Source: Squalus acanthias (lineage: Eukaryota). Taken from it: a stretch of 64,000 nucleotides of DNA. The translations under genes and the position numbers were made by a program. Positions 36,501-49,264 of the stretch are shown one piece after another. The notes under the pieces are model-generated. The model saw nothing but the letters and a program-made list of their open reading frames with translations, searched no databases and was not told the DNA's origin. Where the stretch lies: NCBI GenBank assembly GCA_030390025.1, contig CM059452.1:7502001-7566000 (forward strand), in the 5' to 3' direction. Position 1 is the stretch's first letter, and each line of letters opens with the position of its first letter.

Positions 36501-38025
36501 ACCACTCTCTGAGTAAAGAATCTACCTCGGACATCCCTTCTATATCTCCCCCCATGCACCTTATAGTTATGCCCCCTTGTAACAGCTGCCTCTACCCGAG
36601 GAAATAGCCTCTGAACATCCACTCTATCTATCCCCCTCATCATCTTATAAACCTCTATTAAGTCGCCTCTCATCCTCCTCCGCTCTAAAGAGAAAAGCCC
36701 CAACTCCCTCAATCTTTCCTCATGAGACCTCCCCCCCAAACCAGGTAGCATCCTGGTAAATCTCCTTTGCACTCTTTCCAATGCTTCCACGTCCTTCCTA
36801 TAGTGAGGTGACCAGAACTGCACACAATATTCCAAATGTGGTCTCACCAAGGTCTTGTACAATTGCAGCATAACCTCACGGTTCTTAAACTCAAACCCTC
36901 TGTTAATAAACGCCAACACACCATAGGCCTTCTTTACTGCTCTATCCACTTGAGTGGCAACCTTCAGAGATCTGTGGATATGAACCCCCAGATCCCTCTG
37001 CTCCTCCACGTTCCTCAGAACCCTGCCGTTGACCCTGTAATCCTTATTCAAATTTGCCCTACCAAAATGAATCACCTCGCACTTATCAGGGTTAAATTCC
37101 ATCTGCCATTTTTCGGCCCAGCTCTGCATCCTATCAATGTCTCTTTGCAGCCTACAACTGCCCTCCACCTCATCCACTACTCCACCAATCTTGGTGTCAT
37201 CAGCAAATTTACTGATCCACCCTTCAGTCCCCTCCTCCAAGTCATTGATAAAAATCACAAACAGCAGAGGACCCAGCACCGACCCCTGTGGCACACCGCT
37301 GGTAACTGGTCTCCAGTCCGAAAATGTTCCATCCACCACCACCCTCTGCCTTCTATGAGATAGCCAGTTACTTATCCAATCGGCCAAATTTCCCTCTATC
37401 CCACAACTCCTTACTTTCTTCATGAGACGACCATGGGGAACCTTATCAAACGCCTTACTAAAGTCCATGTATACGACATCAACTGCTCTACCTTCATCTA
37501 CACACTTAGTTACCTCCTCAAAGAATTCAATCAAATTTGTTAGGCAAGACTTACCCTTCACGAATCCGTGTTGACTATCCCTGATTAAGTTGCCCCTTTC
37601 CAAATGGTCATAAATCCTATCCCTCAGGACCTTTTCCATTATCTTACCAACCACCGAAGTAAGACTTGTTTCTGTTTATATTACACTAGACCCTGTCTCT
37701 GGTTATATTACACTAGACACTGTCTCTGTTTATACTACACTATACACTGTCTCTGCTTATATTACACTAGACACTGTCTCTGTTTATATTACACTAGACC
37801 CTATCTCTGTTTATAATACACTAGACCCTGTCTCTGTTTATATTACACTACACCCAGTCTCTGTTTATATTACACTAGACCCTGTCTCTGTTTATATTAC
37901 ACTAGACACTGTCTATGTTTATATTACACTATACACTGTCTCTGCTTATATTACACTAGACCCTGTCTCTGTTTATATTACACTAGACCCAGTCTCTGTT
38001 TATATTACACTAGGCCCTTTCTCAG
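33590..38025 (+). repeat. 27-bp AT-rich minisatellite (ctgtttatattacactagaccctgtct) split by a CR1 insertion
   Basis: More than a hundred tandem units, with 24-bp variants; source of the PCLCLYYTR pseudo-ORFs. Confidence 0.97.
36301..37664 (-). mobile_element. Young 5'-truncated CR1 LINE with an uninterrupted RT ORF (36383..37654)
   Basis: 423-aa open frame (QHGFVKGKSCLTNL, YMDFSKAFDKVPH, SGVPQGSVLGP, FADDTK), (tctatgt)n tail; absent from the distal duplicate. Confidence 0.95.
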
Positions 38026-38310
38026 CTATCATTGTTCCAGAGCATATCTCTGCTGGATGGATAGACAGGTATTAATGTAAATATAGATATATGTGTGAGT
38101 GGGCGTGAGGATGCAAACATTTATGGTTGGAAGCATACCTTTACTGTTATTCATCAGTATCAGGAGCAGCGTGCAATTTCTAATTGAACTGGTATTTTGT
38201 CGGTAATATTTGTGTTTAAATGATGGAGTGAATCTTGTAACAATCTCCCAGAGGGAGCCACCACCCTCCTTAAATGCCGTTCACCTGGGTGCTTCCCACC
38301 TGGTCCGCTT

Positions 38311-38668
38311 CCGGTCTCGTCGCTCCCGACAACAGCCTGTGAAGAAAAGCCCGCGAAAGTGAGTTCAAATACTCACAGCACCTCACAGCACCTCCGGTCT
38401 CGTCGCTCCCGACAACAGCCTGTGAAGAAAAGCCCGCGAAAGTGAGTTCAAATACTCACAGCACCTCACAGCACCTCCGGTCTCGTCGCTCCCGACAACA
38501 GCCTGTGAAGAAAAGCCCGCGAAAGTGAGTTCAAATACTCACAGCACCTCACAGCACCTCCGGTCTCGTCGCTCCCGACAACAGCCTGTGAAGAAAAGCC
38601 CGCGAAAGTGAGTTCAAATACTCACAACACCTCACAGCACCTCCGGTCTCGTCGCTCCCGACAACAGC
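38311..38668. repeat. 83-bp tandem repeat (4 full copies plus a partial) at the duplication junction
   Basis: Units start at 38311, 38394, 38477, 38560, 38643; near-identical. Confidence 0.95.
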
Positions 38669-40285
38669 AGTGAAAGTTAAGGGGAGACATAATAGAGGTG
38701 TTCAAAATTGTGAGAGGTTTTGTCAGACCATGTCGGGAGAAATGGTTTCCTCTGGCGAGGTCACAGATTTAAAATAATTGGCAAATGAACTAGAGGGGAA
38801 ATGAGGATCATTGTTTTTTCAAACAGATGTTTGTTATGTTCTGGAGCGCACAAGGCAACTGGACATGTTCTTGAAGAGGACTCATTTAAAGGGTTACGAG
38901 GAAAAGCTGGGATTTGATTGGACAGCTCTTTCAGAGCCAGCATAGGCAAGACGGGCCGAAGGGCCCCTTCTGTGCTCTGAGATTCTATGATTCTACACGG
39001 CTCAGCGGAATTAGTTCTTCCCGATTTAATGGAAGGAAACGCTTCATAATGTTGAACACCTCTATCAGATCTATTTTATTTTTTGTTATAATGCAAGAGG
39101 ATGTTTAAAATAAAGGGAACTGAAGAATGTGACTCAAATGAATCGATCGGAAACAATTGAACGAAATACAGCTTTCATTTAAATTGTCAAAATAACTTCC
39201 AGCCTCCCATCAGATCAGAACAGGCGCTGCTTTCTGTAGCGTTACAGTTACTTCCTGAAACTGTTTGTTCTGAAAGTGAGCTCAGGATCAGACCAATCTC
39301 ATTAAATCATTATCTGATACTCAAACTGTGTAAAGGTTAGCAATTCATTAAAAATTGGGCAATTTTTTTTGCAAAAAAGTTGAACACAATTAATGCGCGG
39401 TAATTTCATCGGAGCGATGGAAAGTTTTATTTTTATATATCTGGCTGGAGAACTCACACTTTAATAGTTGGATGCAGATTAAGGTTCCTTGAACGATACG
39501 GGACAAAGCACTCACAGATCTGTTACAGTACAGATACAGAGTGAAGCTCCCTCTGCGCTGTCCTGCCATGCGCTGTACGGTCAGGTATTGTAAGAGATTG
39601 ATTCCGAGCAAATCCAAGTTTTCACGACACTGTCAAACACCCCGGGTAAGATACTGCACTGGTTAAATACAGAGTGAAGCTCCCTCTACACTGTCCCATC
39701 AAACACTCCCAGGCCAGGTACAGCACGGGTTAGAAACTGATTAAAGCTCCCTCTGCACTGTCCCATCAAACACTCCCAGGGCTGGTACAGCCCGCTTTAA
39801 ATACAGAGTAAAGCTCCCTCTACACTGTCTCATCAAACACTCCCAGGGCTGGTACAGCCCGGTTTAAATACAGAGTAAAGCTCCCTCTACACTGTCCCAT
39901 CAAACACTCCCAGGGCAGGTACAGCACGGGTTAGAAACGGATTAAAGCTCCTTCTACAGTCTGCCAGAAGTGTTCCTGAAATGCTCTTTCTGAATGTCAC
40001 AAACTGGGTTACTGAGTCCATTTCTGATGCGCTTCCTCAAACTTAAACAGAACAGACACAAACGGTGCAACAATCGTGCTCTCAGCAGATAGATCTGTTC
40101 AATCTGTCAATTTCAATGAAACTAATTTCTAATTGACCTCTTGTCAATTTCCGACCACCTCAAGTCTGCACGTTTTTTCAAATTAAGCTGATATTACTTT
40201 GAAAAAACTTTCTTTGACTTCCAACCGTTTCTCCCGACAGCTCTAGAATTTACTAACTGAGTAAGATTTAGTTTCCCTGAAAACA

Positions 40286-43200
40286 AGTCATAGAGTCATA
40301 ACGGCACAGGAGGAAGCCATTCGGCCCATCGAGTCTGTGCCAGCTCTCTGTAGAGAAATCTAGTCAGTCCCATTACCTCGCTCTATCCCCGTAGCCCTGC
40401 AAGTTTATTACACTCAAGTCTCTATCCAGTCTCCCCTTGAAAACATTGAGTGTCTCCGCTTCCACCAATTCCATCGGCAGCGAATTCCAGGTCCTCACCA
40501 CTCACTGCGAAAAAGGATTTTCCTCACAACTCCCCTCGTATCTCTTGCCCGAAACCTTAAATCTGAGATCCCTAGTCATGTACCATCAACTAGTGGGCAC
40601 AGCCTTTCCCCGTCTAGCCTATCCAAACCCATCATAATCTTGTACACCTCTATCAAATCACCCCTCAACCTCCTTTGCTCCAATGAAAATAAATCCAGCT
40701 TCTCCAACCTGTCCTTGTAGCTAAGATCCCCCATCCCCGGAACCATTCGGGTAAATCTCCTCTGCACCCTCTCAGCGGTCTTCACATCCTTCCTGAAGTG
40801 TAGTGACCAGAACTGGACGCAATACTCCAGTTATGGCCTAACCAGAGCTATATAAATGTTCAGTCTAACTTCTCTACTTTTGTACTCAATACCTCTATTT
40901 ATGAAGCCCAAGATCCCATATGCTTTGTTAACCACTCTCTCAATATGTCCTGCCACCTTCAGGTACCTATGCACATTAACTCCTAGGTCACTCTGTCCCT
41001 GCACACTCTTTAAAACTGTGCCATTAAGTGTATATTGCCTCTCCCTGTTCCTTCGGCCAAAATGCATCACGTCACTCTTCTCTGTATTAAATTCCGTCTG
41101 CCACTTGTCTGCCCATTCTGCTAGCCTTTATATGTCCTGTTGCATTCGATTGATATCATCATCACTGTTTGCCACACCCCCAAGTTTGATGTCATCGGCA
41201 AATTTAGAAATTCTACTTTGTATTCCAATATCCAGGTCATTTATATATATCAAAAAAAGTAGTGTCCCCAGCACTGACCCTTGGGGAACACCACTGTCTA
41301 CCATCCTCCAGTCTGAAAAACAGCTATTTACCACAACTCGCTGTTTTTTGTCCTTAAACCAATTCCTTATCCAAGCTGCCACTGACCCACCTATTCCATG
41401 AGCCTCAATTTTGTAACCAGCCTTCTATGTAGTACTTTGTCAAACGCCTTCCGAAATCCATGTGGACAACATCCATTGCATTCCCTTCATCAATCCTCCC
41501 TGTTACTCCATCAAAAAATTCATTTAAATTAGTCAAACACGATCTGCCTTTTACAAATCTGTGTTGGCTCTCCTTTATCAGCTTAAACCTCTCCAAGTGC
41601 CCGTTAACTTTTTCCTTGATTATTGTTTCTAAAACTTTACCTACCACTGATGTTAAACTGACCGGTCTGTAGTTCATAGGATTGTCCTTACACCCTTTCT
41701 TGAACAATGGTGTCACTTTTGCCACTTTCCAATCTTCAGACACCTCCCCCGCATCTTGGGAAGATTGGAAAATTATGGCAAGCTCTTCCGCTATCCCCTC
41801 CGCCAATTCCCTTAGCAAGGCATTGCACCAGGCGACTTGTCCACTCTAAGCATACCCAGCCTTTCTAGCACATCCTGTCTATCAATGTTCACCCCTTCCA
41901 TTGCTTCTACCTTTTCCATTCTACCGATATTTTGTCAGCATCCACCTCCTTAGTAAACACCGATACAAACTACTCATTGAGTATTCTAGCCTTGCCCTGC
42001 GCCTCTAAGCATATATCACCGTCTTTGTCGCTAATAGGCCACACCCCGTCTCTTGCTACCAGCTTACTGTTTACATGACGCTAAAAGATTTTTGGGTTTC
42101 CTTTTATGTTAACCGCCATTCTACTCTCATATTCTCTCTTTGCCAATCTTATCTTCATTTTCACATCCCCTCTCAACTTATTGTATTTGGCCTGGTTCTC
42201 CCTTGAAGAATTCCCCTGACATGCATCATACAACCTCTTTTTTATTTCGTCATCTTCTCTATCTGCCTCGTCATCGAAGGAGCCCTTGCTTTGGTCCCCT
42301 TACCCTTCCGTCTTGTTGGAATGTACCTAGCCTGTACTTGGAACATTTGCTCCTTAAAGATCAACTATTGTTCCGTTACAGTTTTTCCTGTCATTCTTTG
42401 GTTCCATTTTACCCTGGCTAGATTCTTTCGCATCCCATTGAAGTTAGCCCTATTCCAGTTTAGTAGTTCCACTCTAGATTGTTCCTTGCTCCTCTCCATT
42501 GTTAATCTAAATCTTATGATACGATGATCACTCATACCCAAGTGTTCTCCCACAGACACTTGGTCGTCCTGGCCCACCACATTCCCCAGCACCAGATCCA
42601 GCAATGCCCCCTTCCTAGTTGGGCCAAGAACATATTGGTCAAGGAAATTCTCCTGAACACAATTCAGAAATTGCACCCCCTCCTTTCCCTTTACCCCAAC
42701 ATTATCCCAATCGATATTTGGGTAATTAAAGTCCCCCAATATCACCACTGTATGGCTCTTGCATATCGCTGCGATTTCAGTGCAAATTTGCTCTCTCCCT
42801 CCCTCTCAATATTTGGAGGCCAAAAGAATACCCCGAATAGCGTGATCATACACTTTTTGGTCCTCAACTCTAACCAAATGGATTCTGTTCTTGTCCCCTC
42901 AAGAACATCCTCCCTTTCCAACACTATAGTGTCTTCCTTATTCAGCACTGCCACCCCACCCCCCTTTTTTCCTTCCCTGTCTTTTCTGAACATCTTGTAC
43001 CCTTCAATATTAACTGCACAGTCCTCACCGTTTTCAAGCCACGTTTACGTTATTGCGACAGCATCATATTGCCACACGACTGATTGTGCTTGTAGCTCAC
43101 CAACCCTATTCAGCACACTTTTTGCGTTTATATACATGCATTCTAAACCCATTTTTAAATTTTTCGTAGCCTTTCTTAGTCTGCTCCTAGCTAATATGGT

Positions 43201-43900
43201 ACTACACCCGCCTCTAGTACTATCTTCTCTAGTACTATCCAACACAATCACTCGTTTATGCACCTTATTCCTCTTTTCTACTGCTATATGCTGGTGCCCA
43301 CCCCCCTGCCAAGCTAGGTTAAACCCTCCACAACAATACTAACAAACCTCCCCGCGAGAATATTAGTCCCGGCTCTGTTGAGGTGTAACCCGTCCGGCTT
43401 GTACAGGACCCACCTTCCTAGAAACGGTTCCAATGCCTCAGGAATCTAAAGCCCTCCCTCCTGCACCATCTCTCCAGCCATGCATTCATCTGGTCTATCC
43501 TCCTCTTCCTGTACTCAATACCACTTGGCACCGAGAGTAATCCGGAGATTACTACCTTTGAGGTCCTGCTTTTTAATCTCTCTCCTAGCTCCCTAAATCT
43601 GTCTGCAGGACTTCATACCTCCTTCTGCCTATGTCGTTGGTACCGATATGGACAACGACCTCTGGCTGTTCACTCTCCCCCTCAGGGTGTCCTGCAGCCG
43701 CTCAGTGACATCCTTGTCCCTGGCTCCAGGGAGGCAACATACCATCCTGGAATCACGTCGACTGCCACAGAAACGCCTGTCTGCTCCTCTACCACTATTG
43801 CTCCGCCACTCGTCTTCTTCCTCCCCCCTGTGCAGCTGAGCCACCCATTGTGCAGAGGACTTGACTCTGACTGCACTCCCCAGAGGAACCATCGCCCTCA
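40286..43900 (-). mobile_element. CR1 LINE, longer paralog including the endonuclease region
   Basis: VILGDFNYPNIDW, LLDLVL..HLGMSDH, FRKDREGKKGGGVA and RT motifs; frameshifted. Confidence 0.92.
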
Positions 43901-46893
43901 TCAGTACTCAGAAGAGAATTATATCGAAATAATTCACATTCCAGGGTAATTTGCTGCATATAACAGGGACACCGTGACAGAGCAAGAATGTAACAAACCA
44001 GGAGACATTTAAACTGAAAACCGGTTACCCCCTGGTTCAATATAAGTTCACAATTAAATATAACCTGAAAAATCATCGAGGCCAAACACCAACATTCATT
44101 AAAATCTGCGGCGAAACCTTCTCGAGCAGAGCACAGTAAGACATGTATTTTTTTTTAAATTTTAGACATAATTTAAAATTCTCTCCAACCCTTGAGATTT
44201 AGCAGTAACTATAATCCTGCCCACTATACAACGCAACTATGGCAGGTCATTTATGTTTAATAAATTTGCACTGATATAAAACTCTAAGTTAATATTGATG
44301 TTATCTGATGTTATGCTGCATTATAATAAAATTAGTCAATCTTAATTTTGATCCTGTTTCTGCCTGGTAACTTGTGAACTATTCGGGCTTCTATAAATTA
44401 ACATGGCACTTATCAATATTTAAATATTAAGATTCATATTAATAGATAAAGACTTTCAGAAAAATATATTAATTTTACTTAAATCAAATCACATTTGAAT
44501 AGTTTAAAATGGTCACTAACTTCTAATACATTCCCGCTCTCTATCTACACAGTTGTAAAGTCTGCATGTTTCTGAACTCTCTGATACAACATAAACTCCA
44601 TCTTTTCTCAGAGTGGATTTCACATGATGAATTCAGGAGTGGACTATTTTAAATAGTTCAAAGTCTGGCCATGGTCACATCTCACTAAGTACCGATGGAC
44701 TGTAACACCGTATGTTTACTAATTTAACTATATAAACTATTTTTACGAATTACAAGACAACCGGCCAGTTTGCAGTCAGTAACAGAGACTCCGCTGTTTA
44801 ATAACACAGACAATCTTTTTATATTTTACTCCCGTAATTCACACAATGACCGTAAATTAATTATTAAATATATTCTGCTATTTATTGAAAATCAGTTCCA
44901 GAATGATCAGTGTAAAACTGGCGGACAACAATTCAATCAGACTATCTGTGACAGTTAAATTTAATGAGCAAATGGAGGGGAGATTTTGTTGATCAATTTA
45001 ACATTAATGAGAATTAAACATAAATCTCAGATGTATTCCGTTTACGGTCTATAACTCTATCCGGTATACAGGACAGCAATGGGAGAAAGAATGTTATTAA
45101 AATCTAAAATCATATTAAGCTTTTGTGATTAAATAAATCTTCTTGAATTTCAATTGGTTATTTGTCTGTCTCCAGCCTTACGCAGTCTGCACCTTCCATG
45201 AATTTAAATAGAATCATATGAACAATTCTTGGACTGCCAGCGACCGCTCATCCTCTGATCTTACAAACTGTTTAAGATTAGTTTAGTGATTATTGTCTCG
45301 TTATCAAACAACAAATAATATTGCTGAAATTACAGGGTTTCCGCTGCTCAGTAAGAACTTAATAACCCAGCAGATTTATTACATTTACAAACTACAATTT
45401 ACAACACGCATTCAATGCATAATTAAATACAATCTGTCATTCATCTGTGTGAAACAGGGAGATAACAATTAATTTCAAACCCCTCATTAAACTGAACACT
45501 GCGGTGGAATCAGTCTGCTGTTATTAAAATAATTTCAGACATAATCAGAAATTGTCTCCAGCCTCTAAAATGTTCCGCTCAGGTTAATTGTGACCAGTGC
45601 ACAGCAGAATTGTGGAAGGAAAATAATGTTTAATATTACAGCATATTGAGTGATATTGGACAATATTACCGCATTCTAATCGTTTGAGTTATATTAATTT
45701 AACTCTCCTTCAACCAGCAACTTTTTCATTATGTAATTCGTAATTACAATAACATTTCACCTATTAAATGTGAGCACCGTAAACCAAAGATTAATAGTTG
45801 AATCTGTAATTCTCACTTGAATAAAAAGTTGCAATAAATTATATTTAAATGATTTTTGAATTGTAAAACCTACTCGATGTCTGCCTACAATCATCTTTCA
45901 AACAGATCAGAAAACCTGCAGCAGTTCGATGTCACCGAGATTTAACATTGCAGAAACGCCAAACAGTGTCTCAAACTTTAGTTATTCAAAGTAACCCAGG
46001 CACACACTCTCCTCAGCAGATAAACAGCAAATCACATCACTGAGGTGCTGAATCCCGCAACAGAACGTTTTGTGGAGAAGCAACTTAATTCTGTGAACCC
46101 TTTCAGCAGAATCAAGTGTAACATTGCAAAGAAATCTCAATACAGAATCCAGCAAACCCATTTATCACTGAACGAATTAGTTATTGAAATAAACATAAAT
46201 ATAAAATAATGACAGCAGAATTGCGAGTAGACTGAACATGTTAAATAAATTAACATTGATATAGCACAATGCTGTAATATTGGGTGATATTACTACATTA
46301 TAATAATTTAATTTATATTAATTTAAATCTGATTCAGGCTATAAATTTGTTAATTATATAGTTATTAATTACAGTAACTTTTCACGTATTGAATATGACC
46401 ATTCTTCAACTTTTGATTAATAGATGATATTGTAGTTATCACAAATAAAATACCTTAAAATATCTTAAATTTATTTAAACCTCTAATGCTTTCTGTTTTC
46501 TGCCTGCAATATTCATTCAAACGCATTTAAACATTATGTTTGCATTTTAGCAGAAAACCTGCAGCAATTAGATGTCACCGAGATTAAACATTGTCGAAAG
46601 GTCAAACAGTTCAACAACCGTCAGGTATTTAAAGTAACCAAGGCGCACAGTCTCATCAGCAGATAAACACCAAATCACATCAATCAGGGGCTCCATCGCT
46701 CAACAACATTTTTTTTTCTGGAGAAACTGTTTAAATCTATTATCCCTTTGCAGCAGAATCAAATGAAACATTGGAAAAAATCTCAATACAGAATCCACCC
46801 AAGTTTCAGTGAATGAATGAATTATTGAAATAAACAGAAATATAAAATAAAGGCACAAATACGACAGTTACATAATAAATGAATGTTTCTTGC

Positions 46894-47250
46894 CTGCAGT
46901 CACCGTCACCATGGTCCCTTGTCCCCAGTAGTCGAGATACCCAGCATGTCTTACACAGTAATAGATGGCGGTGTCTCCGGTCCTCAGGTTCTTCATGTCC
47001 AACTTGAAGATGCTGTTTGAAGTGTCTTTGGACGCAGTAAATCGGCTCTCAATCCCTGGGGCGTAGCTCTTGCTAAATGAAGTGTAGTAGTGAGCCAGCC
47101 ACTCCAGCCCCTGCCCGGGAACCTGCCGGACCCAATACATCCGATAGCTGCCAAGATTGAACCCGCTGGTTTTACAGGTCAGTCTCAGGGAGCCTCCTGG
47201 ACTCCCGGTCTCTGCCTCCGGCTGAGTCAACACGACATCCGACTGGACAC
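46894..47250 (-). CDS. IGHV: Germline-joined IgH VDJ exon, distal copy; J donor is GC
   Basis: Open 357-nt exon with the same CDR3 (VRHAGYLDY); ends CAG|gcaaga rather than CAG|gtaaga. Confidence 0.95.
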
Positions 47251-47380
47251 CTGTAAAAACAATCAAAAACCCCCGAGGATTAATCCTGGTGAAATGATTC
47301 CTAACTCTTTAACATTCCAGAGAGAGAGACTAACACTGAGACAGTAACAGTGAGAGACTTGGACAATAAAAACTACTCAC

Positions 47381-47426
47381 CGGATAAGAAAGCCAACAAC
47401 AGACTGAGAAAAATCGCCGACCTCAT
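47381..47426 (-). CDS. IGHV: IgH leader exon, distal copy
   Basis: MRSAIFLSLLLAFLS+G|gtgagt; 46 nt. Confidence 0.95.
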
Positions 47427-47518
47427 CCTCCTGGCAAAGTGTGGGAAATGGTTCTGACAAGAACTCACTGAGCAAACCCGCTCCCGGACTGTTGTATTGC
47501 GGTCCCAGTGACCGGCAG

Positions 47519-47599
47519 TTAAATACCCGGTAGAAGGGGCGAGGTTACAGGCGCCGCCTATTGATTCCCTGATCGAGGCGGACACTGGATCCACGTCAC
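47519..47599 (-). promoter_or_regulatory. VH promoter, distal copy (TATTTAA and GTGACGTGG)
   Basis: Same motifs and spacing as 27188-27268. Confidence 0.6.
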
Positions 47600-49033
47600 A
47601 CCTTCCACATCACCAACAGAATGGACTCATATCTGGACTGTCAATGAAATCCCTTTATTTCCTCACTCCTTCACAGCGGATGTGAATCTCTGAGATTAAA
47701 TTACATTATCAGGGTCTAAAGAGACTGCCAGTATGTGTTACTCTATCTCCCGCTATCTATCCCCTCATTCTGTGTCAATAAAATATCCCCTATATTATGA
47801 ATTGCTTTAGGTCTATGTATCTGAATGCGGGAGATGGGTAAAGCGATTCTATTTACAATGTGGATTTGGGTCCGGAGATGAGTAGATAGCCCTGACATTA
47901 TGCAAGAGACTCTCATTGCGTTTCTCTAACTGCCCTGAATCTGTGTCCCTAAGACAGTCATTTATAAAACTTTGCTGTTAAATAAGTCCGCTTGTCTGAT
48001 AATTAAGGAGTGAGTTGACGGAGACTCATAAGAATGTGGGGCCCGCCCGCTTCAGATCAGCTTTTGGTAAAAAGAAGCTGGTGAATCAAAACTGATAAAG
48101 CGATCAGCAAACCCCGGCACCCAAATACTTGCAGCTAACGTTAATAGCGCCCGACTGTGTAACAGACACTGGTGTCAGGAACACAGTTTATCAGGACATA
48201 GCGGTATGTTACTGAATATCACAAGAATAAATGCTTCATCTCCCGCTGAAACAGATCACAACTGGACATTTCTCTGCCCATTGGTACCCGGGCTCTGAGA
48301 GGGCTTGTTTCGGAATCAAAATCAGCACAAACTAAACTGCACAGTGCGCGGCTGCTAATCAGGCTCACAACTCTGAGAATATTCAAGGAAGTGCAGCGGG
48401 TTCGAGGCAATTCCACCGATTGTTTTATTTACTTTGCGATTCCCACTGATCTCATTACAGTGTGGGTGTGGAGTCACTAAAATCTCTCTCCAGCACTTCG
48501 CGCAGTGCTGAATAAACCGACTGAATTATCTGGAATTATCTTCATTAGGAATTGTTTTAAGTAATTGGCATATGAATCAATTGACTTTTTCTGATCATAT
48601 TTTATAATATTGTGAGCAAGGAATTTACCGAAAATCATTCTTTAGATGTTATACCATGTAAAATGTTTCTTTCTTGTGAGAGCTCTGCTGAATAATTTAA
48701 TGTTCAAATAGTTAAATCCCATCTTGTTCCCCAATTCATATTCACGCCAATCTGCCCCACGCAGTATTTGGCAGCAACCCAGCCGACTACCATCAGGGAG
48801 GCTCGAACACCCAATATCATTTACAGGAAGCATCTGGGGGTTCTGTGCAGTGAATCAAAGATCTGTTTCCTCACTACTGACCGCTTGGCTGAAAGCCAAC
48901 CTCAAACCCTGAACATTGTGAGTGAGGCCTATTGATAAACAAATCTACCCAGCAACAGTACTGGAGTCAATTTTAATTATTTAGTTGTGTAACTGTGTGT
49001 AACTGTTCCTATCTCTCAGGAAATATATCCAGC

Positions 49034-49264
49034 NNNNNNNNNNNNNNNNNNNNNNNNNNNNNNNNNNNNNNNNNNNNNNNNNNNNNNNNNNNNNNNNNNN
49101 NNNNNNNNNNNNNNNNNNNNNNNNNNNNNNNNNNNNNNNNNNNNNNNNNNNNNNNNNNNNNNNNNNNNNNNNNNNNNNNNNNNNNNNNNNNNNNNNNNNN
49201 NNNNNNNNNNNNNNNNNNNNNNNNNNNNNNNNNNNNNNNNNNNNNNNNNNNNNNNNNNNNNNNN
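49034..49264. other. Run of 231 N
   Basis: Ns in the sequence. Confidence 0.99.

Larger units (their letters stand above)
19578..38253. repeat. Segmental tandem duplication, proximal copy (L-VDJ, most of the J-C intron and upstream flank)
   Basis: Colinear high identity to 38666..55833, from agcagtgaaagttaagggg to aatcttgtaacaatct.ccagag; many paired ORFs in the track. Confidence 0.93.

Noticed and set aside
38311-38668. CRISPR-like regular repeat with an internal palindrome
   Set aside because: No unique spacers, no cas genes, vertebrate context.
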